Assembly (NCBI GenBank): GCA_016187745.1
Contig: JACPJC010000005.1
Location: 118,659-182,658 of the forward strand
Reading direction: 5' to 3'
From: Candidatus Iainarchaeum sp.
Lineage (GTDB): Archaea > Iainarchaeota > Iainarchaeia > Iainarchaeales > JAXPJC01
Length of the DNA: 64,000 nucleotides
Positions 47,214 to 56,607 of this stretch are shown here, one piece after another. A model generated the notes under the pieces. The model saw only the letters and a program-made list of their open reading frames with translations, did no database searches and was not told the origin of the DNA. The position numbers were made by a program, and so were the translations under genes. Position 1 is the first letter of the stretch, and every line of letters begins with the position of its first letter.

Positions 47214-47735
47214 TTAATAAAACTTTGGATTGATGAATCTTGCAAGCGCGTAAATTACCCCCCTCTCAAATGCTGTAACCCTTGTAACAATATTGTTTGT
47301 CAGAATTCCCGAGGTGCCCTGCTTTTGTTTTATGTTGTGCTGCCCGACAAGCCTGTCCATCACGGGGCCAAGCTCCTTCCCATTTCTTATTTCGGATGCG
47401 ACTGCCTCGGGCAGCAGCAGTTTTCCGCTGCTTCCCATCCCAATTTTTCCACTTTTGTCAATTGCCACAACCCAGTCAGAAACAAACATCCCGTGCTTCA
47501 TATCAAGGGCGCAGCCCTCCAAGCCAATTCCAATATCCGCATCAGCCTTTTCCAGGGCCAATTTCGCCCTGCTCCTCGCGCCCTCAACCGCCTCATCATC
47601 GGACCTCGGCTGCTCGCTTGTGCCGTGCGCAACCTCCAGAGAAACAACTTCCGCATCAGGCCATATTTTCCTGGCAACATTTTCAACCGCAGCTATCTTC
47701 ACTGGGTTTTTTGAGCCCACAGCTATTTTTTTCAT
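47214..47735 (-). CDS. yjjX: Inosine/xanthosine triphosphatase
   Basis: VGSKNPVK, EQP, GA..RA, GLEG, ELGPVMD, GILT. Confidence 0.92.
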   Translation of the reverse strand: MKKIAVGSKNPVKIAAVENVARKIWPDAEVVSLEVAHGTSEQPRSDDEAVEGARSRAKLALEKADADIGIGLEGCALDMKHGMFVSDWVVAIDKSGKIGMGSSGKLLLPEAVASEIRNGKELGPVMDRLVGQHNIKQKQGTSGILTNNIVTRVTAFERGVIYALARFINPKFY

Positions 47736-47741
47736 GGCAAA

Positions 47742-48536
47742 TTAAATATGCACGAATGAATTTAATACCCTTACTGTAAGCCCCAGCCCTTTTTCATCAA
47801 TGTCTTTTTTGGGATTGTATTCCACAAAGTCGGCGGCTTTCACTTTTTTTGAATTCAGCAGCGCATCAAGCAATCCAAAGAATTCATTTTCATCCAAACC
47901 CTTTTCCTCGAGGTAGCCTGTTGCCGGCATTATGCCCGGATCAAAAACATCCGCATCAACTGAAATGTAAATGTGCCTTATTTCGGGATTTTTTGCAAAC
48001 TCTTCAATTTTGGAAACTGCATTTGCGATATTTTTCCTGATTTCCACTGCCCTTATCACATTTATTTTCTTCTCGCGCAGCCATTCCGCCTCCTGCTCCC
48101 ATATTTTGCGCAGGCCAACAAGCAGCAAATTCTGCCTTTTGAGAATTCCCTCCTCTACCAGCATGCGGTTCATGTCCTCATGGCTTACGGGCTTAAAAAC
48201 CTGCGTCGCATCCGCATGCGCATCAAAAACTACAAGTGCGGAGTTTTTCGCCCCGTACACTTCTGAAAACGCCCTGAACAACGCATAGGTAATTGAATGG
48301 TCCCCGCCGACAAAGACAGGCTTTTTGCCGAGCAGGCGCTTCGCATTTTTATAAATGCTTTCATCGGTTGCAATTATGTCATTCTCAAAAACCGGGATTT
48401 CCTCCGCGCTGAATTTGACTTTTTGTTTGCTCAGCCTATCTAGAATAATATCTGGCGCTTCCGCGCATCCTGCGTTTTTTCCCAAACTGCCCTGCTCGCT
48501 CGGAATTTTTACAATCAGCATTATAATCAATATCAT
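47742..48536 (-). CDS. Arginase/agmatinase-family ureohydrolase
   Basis: GGDHS, FDAHAD, SVDADVFDP, VEYNP; ATGA-coupled to aIF-5A. Confidence 0.9.
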   Translation of the reverse strand: MILIIMLIVKIPSEQGSLGKNAGCAEAPDIILDRLSKQKVKFSAEEIPVFENDIIATDESIYKNAKRLLGKKPVFVGGDHSITYALFRAFSEVYGAKNSALVVFDAHADATQVFKPVSHEDMNRMLVEEGILKRQNLLLVGLRKIWEQEAEWLREKKINVIRAVEIRKNIANAVSKIEEFAKNPEIRHIYISVDADVFDPGIMPATGYLEEKGLDENEFFGLLDALLNSKKVKAADFVEYNPKKDIDEKGLGLTVRVLNSFVHI

Positions 48537-48934
48537 TGCCCTGATTTCTTTCTCAGAATCCTTATGCTCGTGCCATACCTTATGAATTCAACCTCGTCCC
48601 CGTTTGCCAATCCCTCAATGTCCTTTGGCACAGGCATTGTTATCTGCTCATAGGTATTCAAATCCATTATCTGCATGCTCTCGCCCATTATTGCAATAAT
48701 CTGCGCATTGCTCCTTTCAACAATCGGAATCTCCCCGTCATCCGAAGTGGGCTTCAAAAGAGTGCGCTTCTGGTCATCAAACAATCCCATTGCAGTAATG
48801 CGCGCTTTCGCAGCGCCATGCTTCCCGGGCTTTGATTTTTCAAACTCCACAATCCTGCAGGGAAACCCGTCAATAAGCACGTAACTCCCCGGCTTCATCT
48901 GCCCGATTTTCCCAAAGCGCTTCTCTTCAACCAT
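48533..48934 (-). CDS. eif5a: Translation factor aIF-5A
   Basis: Hypusine motif SKPGKHGAAK; start ATG 48934 after GGTGG SD. Confidence 0.96.
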   Translation of the reverse strand: MVEEKRFGKIGQMKPGSYVLIDGFPCRIVEFEKSKPGKHGAAKARITAMGLFDDQKRTLLKPTSDDGEIPIVERSNAQIIAIMGESMQIMDLNTYEQITMPVPKDIEGLANGDEVEFIRYGTSIRILRKKSGQ

Positions 48935-49044
48935 TTTTCCACCAGACAAAATCCATAAAATACAAAGCAGTTTATATTTAAAAAGAATAATCAGGTTTTA
49001 AATCTTTGCTTCAATAATTATGTATAGGATTTTCGGGAAAGAGC

Positions 49045-49506
49045 ATGTTTGAGAAACTGAAGGCGAAACTGCGCAGGGGCGCGAAAAACGGGAAAAAGAA
49101 GAATCTTGCGGTATTTATTGACGGGCCGAACATTCTGCGCAAGGAACTGAACATCGACCTCAAGGACGTGAAGGACGTTCTTGGGAATTTCGGGGAAATA
49201 AAGATAGGGAAGGTTTTCCTCAACCAGTATGCGAGCAACAAGCTTGTGGAAGCTGTTGTGAACCAGGGCTTTGAGTCGGTAATTACTGTGGGAGACATAG
49301 ATGTTGCAATGGCAGCTGATGCGGTTGAAAGCCTGTTCAATCCGAGCATAAATGCAATCGCCTTTGTAACGCGCGATTCGGATTTTCTTCCGGCAGTGGT
49401 GAAGGCAAAGCGCTATGGCAAGGACACAATAGTAATTCTTGCGGAAGAGGCGAGCGCAACAGCGCTGAAAAACACAGCAGACCACGTAATATTTCTGGGG
49501 AAGTGA
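49045..49506 (+). CDS. NYN-domain protein (TIGR00288-like)
   Basis: FIDGPNILRKE, DIDVAMA, TRDSDF. Confidence 0.9.
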   Translation: MFEKLKAKLRRGAKNGKKKNLAVFIDGPNILRKELNIDLKDVKDVLGNFGEIKIGKVFLNQYASNKLVEAVVNQGFESVITVGDIDVAMAADAVESLFNPSINAIAFVTRDSDFLPAVVKAKRYGKDTIVILAEEASATALKNTADHVIFLGK

Positions 49507-49510
49507 AAAA

Positions 49511-50002
49511 ATGAACATCCCATCAGGGCAGATTCTGCATCAGGGCATTCCGCTTGCGCAGATAAATTTCAAGCGGGAGATGCTTGGGCTTATGGAAAAG
49601 AAGTTCTCAGGCTATGTTGCGCTTGCAGTTGATGAGTCTTTCGGAACCGAGGAATCGACAATACTCCTGCGCAACGGGAAAATGGTTGCCGCCTCCCACT
49701 CCTATCTGAACCACAACAGGGCGCTTTTCGGGAAGAGGGCGCTTGCCCATGCGCTAAACGCGGCAGCCTCAAAAAAGGGCGTAATGGATGTTGCAAAATT
49801 GAGCGATGCGGAAACCGAGCTTGCAATAAGCATAAATCCCGAGGCGCATGCGGGGAGTTACGGGGAAGAACTCATGATGAACCGCTATATTGCCTCTTTT
49901 TATTCCCTGGAGCTGTTTAAAAGGCTTTTTAAAGGGGAAGAGAAAACAACAAAGCACGCTATATTTAAAAAATTAGGCATAGATAATATAAAAATAGACT
50001 GA
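49511..50002 (+). CDS. DUF2226-like protein
   Basis: FSGYV...E..ILL.NG.MVAA pattern, C-terminal IFKKLGI; recognised from memory only. Confidence 0.6.
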   Translation: MNIPSGQILHQGIPLAQINFKREMLGLMEKKFSGYVALAVDESFGTEESTILLRNGKMVAASHSYLNHNRALFGKRALAHALNAAASKKGVMDVAKLSDAETELAISINPEAHAGSYGEELMMNRYIASFYSLELFKRLFKGEEKTTKHAIFKKLGIDNIKID

Positions 50003-50021
50003 TTGCAGTTCTGGTGAGCTT

Positions 50022-50477
50022 ATGGGAATTTCTGGCGCATTGAGAAGGTTTGCGGAAGTCGTTCTGGATATTGATTCAACAGAACTGTCAATAGAGCAGT
50101 GCCGCGCCCTGGAGGAATTCTCGGCAAAAATGAAGTTTGACACTGATACCTCAGACTTGAAAAAGCTCATGGGCGTGCTTAAGCGGAAGCATCTGGTTGA
50201 TTCCATCTGCGTTGCAAAGCTCAACGGCAGCGCAATCGCAAGCACAAACGGCAGCAGCGGGACGGAATGCATTTTGGGCACTTCCATGTTCAAGTACATA
50301 AATTCTGAGCTTCCAAAATCCGAAAGCGTTTTTGTAAAGGTTGACGGGAACTGGCTCATGATAATGCCCTATGATGCGAAAATGTACATCGTGAGGGCGC
50401 CAAGCAACCTCTCAACAATTGAGCTTAAGGCAATTGCAAAGGAGCTTGAAAGGGCCTTAAAAAGAAAAAAATCATGA
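50022..50477 (+). CDS. Hypothetical protein, possible roadblock/profilin-like fold
   Basis: VDSICVAKLNGSAIAST resembles roadblock/LC7 beta-hairpin; operonic position. Confidence 0.6.
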   Translation: MGISGALRRFAEVVLDIDSTELSIEQCRALEEFSAKMKFDTDTSDLKKLMGVLKRKHLVDSICVAKLNGSAIASTNGSSGTECILGTSMFKYINSELPKSESVFVKVDGNWLMIMPYDAKMYIVRAPSNLSTIELKAIAKELERALKRKKS

Positions 50478-50556
50478 ATAGGCTTATAATCCATTTACAA
50501 CAGAAATTTTACATTGCAGTTATGTTTGCTTTGTTTTTTGGAAATCGGGTGAAAGA

Positions 50557-51372
50557 TTGGGAAGGGTAATAACTCTTGTTTCGGGGAAGGGCGGGGTCGG
50601 AAAAACCTCAATCACCGCTAACTTGGGGATTGCGCTTGCAAAGCGCGGGATTTCAGTCCTCCTTATAGATGCGGATGTTGCAATGGCTAACCTGAGCCTG
50701 ATGCTCGGAATGCATTCAAATCCGATTTCCCTGCACGATGTGCTTTTGGGGGAAGCGGACGTTGAGGACGCGATTTATGACGGCCCCGCAGGGGTAAAAT
50801 TCATTCCTTCCGGACTGAGCCTTGAGGGCTACAGGAGGGTTGATTCAGAAAGGCTGCAGAGCATTGTGAATTCCCTGCAGAAGCAGTATGATTTCATCAT
50901 CCTGGACGCGCCCGCAGGAATTGAAAAGAATGTCGCAAGCGCGATTGCCGCAGCGGACGAGGCGCTTCTAGTTACAATGCCAAACACCCTTTCGCTTACT
51001 GATGCGATAAAAATAAAATTGCTCGCGGAAAGGCTTGATGTGAAGCCCCTGGGGATTGTGGTGAATTTCATAATGGGCGAGAAGGGCGAACTCCGCGATT
51101 ATGAGATTTCAAAGCTGCTTGACGAGCTTCCAATTTACGGGCTGGTTCCATACGATGATGAAATGCGCAGGTCCTTCATACAGAAGACCCCGCACCCTGT
51201 AGTTCTGCGCAGGCCCTCAAGCAAAAGCGCTGTTGCAATACAGAAAATTGCAGCAAAGCTTTCCGGAACGCCCATAAGCATAGGGACAAAAAAGCAGATT
51301 CCGGCCGAAGAGGCAAAAAAACAGGGGATTTTCGCAAGGATTATAGGTATGTTTAAAAAAGGAAAAGGTTAA
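50557..51372 (+). CDS. minD: Archaeal MinD-family ATPase
   Basis: SGKGGVGKT, IDADVAMANL, LHDVL.G, LDAPAG. Confidence 0.92.
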   Translation: MGRVITLVSGKGGVGKTSITANLGIALAKRGISVLLIDADVAMANLSLMLGMHSNPISLHDVLLGEADVEDAIYDGPAGVKFIPSGLSLEGYRRVDSERLQSIVNSLQKQYDFIILDAPAGIEKNVASAIAAADEALLVTMPNTLSLTDAIKIKLLAERLDVKPLGIVVNFIMGEKGELRDYEISKLLDELPIYGLVPYDDEMRRSFIQKTPHPVVLRRPSSKSAVAIQKIAAKLSGTPISIGTKKQIPAEEAKKQGIFARIIGMFKKGKG

Positions 51373-51392
51373 TTGTTAATAAGTGAGACAAA

Positions 51393-51623
51393 ATGGAACA
51401 GAAACCAAGCTCAAGGCCGTTTGATTTGCTCAACGATGCAATAAACAAGGAAGTGCTGATTGTGCTTAAGGGAGACGTTTCCATAAGGGGAACGCTCAAG
51501 GCATTTGATGCGCACATGAACATAGTGCTGGAGAACGCGGCAGAACTCCTCAACGGCGACCAGAAAACAAAATACGGCAAGCTGATTCTCAGGGGAGACA
51601 ACATCCTTCTCATTTCCCCGTAA
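51393..51623 (+). CDS. Sm-like (Lsm/SmAP) RNA-binding protein
   Basis: RPFDLL, G.LKAFDAHMNIVL, ILRGDNI. Confidence 0.95.
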   Translation: MEQKPSSRPFDLLNDAINKEVLIVLKGDVSIRGTLKAFDAHMNIVLENAAELLNGDQKTKYGKLILRGDNILLISP

Positions 51624-51649
51624 GTAAATTAATTAATTCTGCTGATGTT

Positions 51650-52222
51650 ATGACAAAAAAGAAAAAAGCCGGCTTTGATGAGCTATTCGGCAGAACAATA
51701 GGCAAGTTCCTTTCCGGAAAGGCAAGCCCGGAGAAGCTGCTTTCTGAAATTTTTGAGCACTCCCGCGCGCTCCTGTGGGCGCTTAAGATGGTATTTCTGC
51801 CGCTTGCAATTTTTTATTTTGTGCTGGGGCTGTTCCTGAACGAGTATGTCCTGGGAAGCATATTTGTTTCGCTGATTATTTTCCTTTACAGCAATTTTCT
51901 GCCGGACACTGATACGTTTATTTCGGCGGATTTCCTTAGGAATGCGGCCTCAAAGCCAATAAGGAAATTTGAAAAATACAAGATTCTCATAATCGCGCCT
52001 ATTTACATCTACTATGTGCTCTCGGAAAAGATAATCCCAACAAAATTCAGCGAAATAAAGCCCTTCCACAACCTGCGCTGCCTAATCGTCTGGAGCATTT
52101 TCCTCTTATTTATCGGAATTATACTCCATGCCTCTCTTTTCAAGGCATTTTTCATAATGCTGTTCGCGGCTTCAGGCTATTTTACGCATCTCTTCATTGA
52201 CGGCTATGCCGCGCACTGGTGA
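51650..52222 (+). CDS. Membrane protein, YdjM-like metal-dependent hydrolase
   Basis: LPDTD, FHNL and GYFTHLFID motifs among TM segments. Confidence 0.6.
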   Translation: MTKKKKAGFDELFGRTIGKFLSGKASPEKLLSEIFEHSRALLWALKMVFLPLAIFYFVLGLFLNEYVLGSIFVSLIIFLYSNFLPDTDTFISADFLRNAASKPIRKFEKYKILIIAPIYIYYVLSEKIIPTKFSEIKPFHNLRCLIVWSIFLLFIGIILHASLFKAFFIMLFAASGYFTHLFIDGYAAHW

Positions 52223-52224
52223 AT

Positions 52225-52566
52225 TTATGCAGGAATTGCCTGTGCTTCAGCTTCCGGCAGCGCATTTTTTTTAGCCAGAATCCAATCCAATTTAATCAGA
52301 TTCTTGACAAAGTGGTTGTTAATGTTGAGTTTATAATAATCAGATTTGCCAATATGTCTTGTTTTGTAGATTACCCCTGACTTAACAAGATTTGAGAAAA
52401 AAACCTTCAAGGAGTTATAGCTCACATTGCTCCCGCGCGCTATCCCGGTTATGGGAAAATCAAAAAAGTGATTATCTATGAGAAAATCCATGACCCTCAA
52501 CTGGGGCGTGTCCCCAAATTGCCCCAAAAACAATGACTTGTTTTCCTTGCACTTCACTTTACTCAA
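52225..52566 (-). CDS. Winged-helix DNA-binding protein
   Basis: FGDTPQLRVMDFL...ITGIARGSNVS...LVKSGVI..TR.IGKS.YY.LN. Confidence 0.75.
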   Translation of the reverse strand: MSKVKCKENKSLFLGQFGDTPQLRVMDFLIDNHFFDFPITGIARGSNVSYNSLKVFFSNLVKSGVIYKTRHIGKSDYYKLNINNHFVKNLIKLDWILAKKNALPEAEAQAIPA

Positions 52567-52609
52567 CTCCAGTTCACACTACTACTTATTAGTATCATAG
52601 ATATTATAA

Positions 52610-52651
52610 ATGTTTCCATTACATATCTTATTGTTTCAGTAATAGAAACAT
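52610..52651. promoter_or_regulatory. Inverted-repeat operator in a divergent promoter
   Basis: ATGTTTCCATTAC (52610-52622) vs GTAATAGAAACAT (52639-52651), 12/13 complementary; extra TGTTTC half-site at 52632. Confidence 0.6.
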
Positions 52652-52671
52652 ATATTGCGCGTCGTGATTCC

Positions 52672-52932
52672 ATGGCACCAGATTTGGAAAAAGCACAAAT
52701 CATGTTCAAACTGACAAGAAAAAACAACTGGGGAAACTGCTATGACAGGACGGAGCACTTCAAGAGGTTTGAAAACCTTGATGAAGCGATGAAAGAACTT
52801 TCAAAAATGCGCTGGCTGATCGTGCATAAAAAACAGAATTTTACGGGAATTTCCCTGAACACGGCTTACAAAAAAGAGATTATAGAATTTATTGAAATCA
52901 ACATGCCTCATCTCAAGGGCATAATTAAGTAA
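52672..52932 (+). CDS. Small hypothetical protein (winged-helix-like)
   Basis: 86-aa ORF: KL.RK..WG..Y...H...AMKEL....WLIVHKK......SLN....KEI. Confidence 0.7.
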   Translation: MAPDLEKAQIMFKLTRKNNWGNCYDRTEHFKRFENLDEAMKELSKMRWLIVHKKQNFTGISLNTAYKKEIIEFIEINMPHLKGIIK

Positions 52933-53070
52933 AGACCTCTTTCTGCACATTATACATAAAAATCAACATTTATAAGCTGCGGAAGCATAATACTATAGAG
53001 CCTTTTTTGTTAAGCTGGCAGTAAGTTATAATAGATGCTTAAGAGAGGCAAAATTCAGGGGTGAGAACTA

Positions 53071-54156
53071 ATGAAAAGCGTAATTGCTGACGCCTTGGAC
53101 AGCAAAAAATCAAGGCAATCTGTTGTGGATTCGAAACTGGAGGAGTTTGCTACTCCCAAAATAATTGCAATTGGTGTAGGGGGGGCCGGATGCAATGCCG
53201 TCAACAGGATGGCAACAATGGGGATTTCCGGAGCGCAATTGTGCGCGGTAAATACAGACAAGATGCACCTTTCAATAATAAGCGATGAAATAACAAAGGT
53301 CCTTATCGGGAAGGCAGTAACGCGCGGTTTGGGCGCAGGCGGATATCCTGAAATCGGGGCAAAAGCAGCAGAGGTCTCAAAGGACGCATTGGAAGAAGTC
53401 CTTAAGGACTGCGACATGGTTTTCATTTCAGCAGGAATGGGCGGAGGAACAGGAACAGGGGCAGCGCCGGTAATTGCGGAAATTGCGAAAAAGAACGGAG
53501 CAATAACAATTGCCGCTGTAACATATCCCTTCTCCCTTGAAAGGGCAAGGGTTGTAAAAGCAGAGGAAGGAATACAGAACCTCGCAAAAATCTGCGACAC
53601 TGTAATCGTATTGGACAACAACAGGCTTGTTGCGCTGGTTCCAAACCTGCCTATACAGGACGCCTTCAGGGTTGCTGATGAAGTAATCGCAAGGGCAATC
53701 CGCGGAATTACAGAGACAATAACGCAGCCTTCTCTCATAAACCTTGATTTTGCGGATGTCCGCTCAATCATGTCAGGAAAAGGCCTTAGCATGATAGCGG
53801 TAGGGGAAAGCAAGTCCGTGAACAAGGTTGATGAGGTTGTGAATGACACGCTGAACAATACCCTCCTTGATGTTGACATCACAGGGGCTTCAGGCGCGCT
53901 CATACACATTACCGGAGGCCCTGACATGACTTTGGGCGAAGCAAACTCCGTTGGGGAGCAGCTCAGCGAGAAAGCCGACTCAAAGGCAACAGTAATATGG
54001 GGCGCAAGGGTCGATCCCACATATGAGAACAGGCTGCAGGTAATTGCAATCTTCACAGGCGTGCATTCTCCCTATATAAGCGGGACAGGAAAGCAGGAAA
54101 ATTACAGCCAGCCCTACAATGCGAAAAAGCGCGACCTTGACCTGGGAATGATTTAA
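53071..54156 (+). CDS. ftsZ: Cell division protein FtsZ
   Basis: GVGGAGCN, RGLGAGG, GMGGGTGTG, INLDFADV; SD GGGGTGA. Confidence 0.97.
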   Translation: MKSVIADALDSKKSRQSVVDSKLEEFATPKIIAIGVGGAGCNAVNRMATMGISGAQLCAVNTDKMHLSIISDEITKVLIGKAVTRGLGAGGYPEIGAKAAEVSKDALEEVLKDCDMVFISAGMGGGTGTGAAPVIAEIAKKNGAITIAAVTYPFSLERARVVKAEEGIQNLAKICDTVIVLDNNRLVALVPNLPIQDAFRVADEVIARAIRGITETITQPSLINLDFADVRSIMSGKGLSMIAVGESKSVNKVDEVVNDTLNNTLLDVDITGASGALIHITGGPDMTLGEANSVGEQLSEKADSKATVIWGARVDPTYENRLQVIAIFTGVHSPYISGTGKQENYSQPYNAKKRDLDLGMI

Positions 54157-54220
54157 TTCTTTATTTTCTAATTCTTTTTATTTTATTTTTGTTTTTTTCT
54201 AATTCCATTTGCTTTTTATT
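54157..54220 (+). terminator. T-rich terminator of ftsZ
   Basis: Several oligo-T runs directly after the stop. Confidence 0.55.
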
Positions 54221-54244
54221 GATTTGCTCAAAGAATTTTATTAT

Positions 54245-54316
54245 GGGCTGGTAGGTCAATGGCAGACTGCCGCTTCGGCTGAGCGGAGGTTCTGGGTTCG
54301 ACTCCCAGCCAGTCCA
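54245..54316 (+). tRNA. tRNA-Ala(GGC) with atypical anticodon loop
   Basis: Acceptor GGGCTGG/CCAGTCC with G3:U70 and A73; D stem GGTC/GACT; anticodon stem CCGCT/AGCGG around TCGGCTG; T arm CTGGG-TTCGACT-CCCAG. Confidence 0.85.
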
Positions 54317-54320
54317 CCTG

Positions 54321-55124
54321 CTATTTCAATAAAATTTCCTTCAGTCCGGAAAAAATAGGCTCCCTTGAAGCAATAAGCCGTTTTCCAAAGGGCGTTTCTA
54401 TGTATTCTGCCTTGCAGCCCGCTTCCCGCATAATGATAATCCTTGCAGCCAGATCCTGCGGCTTTGCCCCCGCAAGGTCAACATATGCATCAATCGCGCC
54501 TGTTGCAATATAAATGCCCAAAGCACCGCTTGTTATTCTCACCCTGTAGCATTTTTTCATTATTTCGGAAAGCTCTTCGATCAGCCACTTTTTCTCCTTC
54601 GCCTGCTTTCCAATCAATCCCTGGATATCAACATCAACCATTGCTTTGCCAAGCTTGACAGGGGATTTAAGCAAAATCCGCTTTCCATTCAAATAAGCGC
54701 CAGTGCCCTTTGATGCGCAGAACAGTTGCTTTGAAACAGGATTGTATATAACCCCCAAAACAGGCTCATTTCTAAAAAGCAGGGCCGCATGGACATAAAA
54801 AAGGGGCGCATTAGCAACATAATATTTAGTCCCGTCTATTGGGTCAATGAGCCACTGGAAATCCGAAGAGGCATTGATGCGCCTGGTTTCTTCCCCATAA
54901 AAGCCGTGCTCAGGCCATTTTGAAAGGATTTTGTTTTTAAAAAAATTCTCTATTTCTATCTCAATTTTTGTAACAAGGTCCCTGCCCTCTTTATATTTTT
55001 TTATCTCAGCCTTACCCCACTTATCCCGGGCCATTTTGCCCGCCCGCCTGATTAACGGGGCAAGATAGCTGGCAGCATCCTCCAAAAATTCCTTTGAAAG
55101 CCCCCTGCCCTCTTTTTTGCTCAT
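54321..55124 (-). CDS. Inositol monophosphatase-family protein
   Basis: DLVT, YGEE, WLIDPIDGT, GVIYNP, GAYLNG. Confidence 0.92.
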   Translation of the reverse strand: MSKKEGRGLSKEFLEDAASYLAPLIRRAGKMARDKWGKAEIKKYKEGRDLVTKIEIEIENFFKNKILSKWPEHGFYGEETRRINASSDFQWLIDPIDGTKYYVANAPLFYVHAALLFRNEPVLGVIYNPVSKQLFCASKGTGAYLNGKRILLKSPVKLGKAMVDVDIQGLIGKQAKEKKWLIEELSEIMKKCYRVRITSGALGIYIATGAIDAYVDLAGAKPQDLAARIIIMREAGCKAEYIETPFGKRLIASREPIFSGLKEILLK

Positions 55125-55152
55125 ATTTGATTGTCCCTTTTATTTTCTTTAC

Positions 55153-56586
55153 CTATTTCAGCGATTCAAGGTTGACGCACAATTCATCCTTCCAGATCAT
55201 TTCAGGATAGCTTTCAAGCAGCTTCCTTACATATTCCTTGCGCTTTTTGTATGTTGCCTGGTCCTTTGCCTCGAATTTTATTGTAATGTAGGGCCCGTTC
55301 TGCGAATATCTGAAAATCATCATCCCATCCTCAAAGTCTGCGCGCGTGCCGTCATCCCCGGGAATTACGCTTGCATCCGTAATTTCCGCATTTGGGAAGT
55401 CCTGCTTGAACCTGATGGACAAATCCCTAATCACTTCAGTTTTTTTCTCATCAGGGCAGCCGATCTTGATTTCAGGCGAGGAAATGTATTTCGGGAAGCT
55501 TTCATACACCTGGCTCAGGGCAAGGTTTTTCTCGGAGAGATATTCAAGCACGCGCAAAACCGCATATATGCCGTCATCATGGCCGTAGGCATTGTCGGCA
55601 AAAAAGAAATGCCCCGAAAGCTCGCCACCAAAAGCCGCCTTTTCTCCCGCAATCTTCGCTTTGATGAAGGAATGCCCTGTGCGCCACATTATTGGGGTGC
55701 CGCCGTTTAATTTTATTGACTCCCTTACAATCTGCGAGCAGAGGGTGTTGTAGATAATTTTTGAGCCGGGAAAGCGCTCAAGAATCTCCTTTGCAAATAT
55801 TGCAACCAGAACATCATTCCATAATATATCGCCCTTCTCATCAACAACCCCCGTTCTGTCGCCATCCCCGTCAAAGGTAACCCCCAAATCAGCCTTTTCC
55901 TCCAAAACCGCCCTTGCAACCCTGTCAACAACCTTTTTTTCCGTGGGATCCGGGGTTCCGACAGGAAAACTGCCATCAACTTTCAAATTTTTTCCTATAA
56001 CCTCACAGCCCGCCCTCTTGAATATTTCGGGGGCATACATTCCTGTTGTGCCGCAGCTGCAATCAACAACCATTTTAAATTTCCTTTTAAGCGCAATCCT
56101 TTTCAGCACATCTGCACAGTAGTCCCCGGCAACATCCCTTTTTTCAAGCCCGCCAATCTCATCCGAAACAAAATAACTGTCATTCTCAATAATTTTTCTG
56201 ATTTCCTGGACCTCTTCGGGGCCTGTGGTTTGCGAATATCCGGTTGCCAATTTCATCCCATTGTAATTCGCAGGGTTGTGTGAAGCCGTAAGCATAACCC
56301 CGCCATTGGTCTGATAGAGATACTGGGCACAATACACCATCTGCGTCATTACCATGCCAATATCAATGACATTTATGCCTGCGGAGCGCATGCCCCTTAT
56401 CATTGCAGGATGATATTCCTTGGCGCTCAACCTGCAGTCATGGCCTGCAACAGCATGCCGGATTTTGCGCCTGCGCAAAAAAGTGCCATATGCCTTGCCA
56501 ATCGCTTCAATCTTTTCAGCGTCAAAATCCTTTCCCGCAACTCCGCGGATGTCATAGCCCCTGAAAACATAAGGATTGATTTCCAT
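55153..56586 (-). CDS. Phosphomannomutase/phosphoglucomutase
   Basis: FRGYDIRG, TASHNP, FDGDGDR, GELSGH. Confidence 0.95.
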   Translation of the reverse strand: MEINPYVFRGYDIRGVAGKDFDAEKIEAIGKAYGTFLRRRKIRHAVAGHDCRLSAKEYHPAMIRGMRSAGINVIDIGMVMTQMVYCAQYLYQTNGGVMLTASHNPANYNGMKLATGYSQTTGPEEVQEIRKIIENDSYFVSDEIGGLEKRDVAGDYCADVLKRIALKRKFKMVVDCSCGTTGMYAPEIFKRAGCEVIGKNLKVDGSFPVGTPDPTEKKVVDRVARAVLEEKADLGVTFDGDGDRTGVVDEKGDILWNDVLVAIFAKEILERFPGSKIIYNTLCSQIVRESIKLNGGTPIMWRTGHSFIKAKIAGEKAAFGGELSGHFFFADNAYGHDDGIYAVLRVLEYLSEKNLALSQVYESFPKYISSPEIKIGCPDEKKTEVIRDLSIRFKQDFPNAEITDASVIPGDDGTRADFEDGMMIFRYSQNGPYITIKFEAKDQATYKKRKEYVRKLLESYPEMIWKDELCVNLESLK

Positions 56587-56607
56587 TTTTAGCAGCTCCT
56601 TCTAATA

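Noticed and set aside
53055-54056. 333-aa minus-strand ORF
   Set aside because: Codon-aligned antisense shadow of ftsZ.
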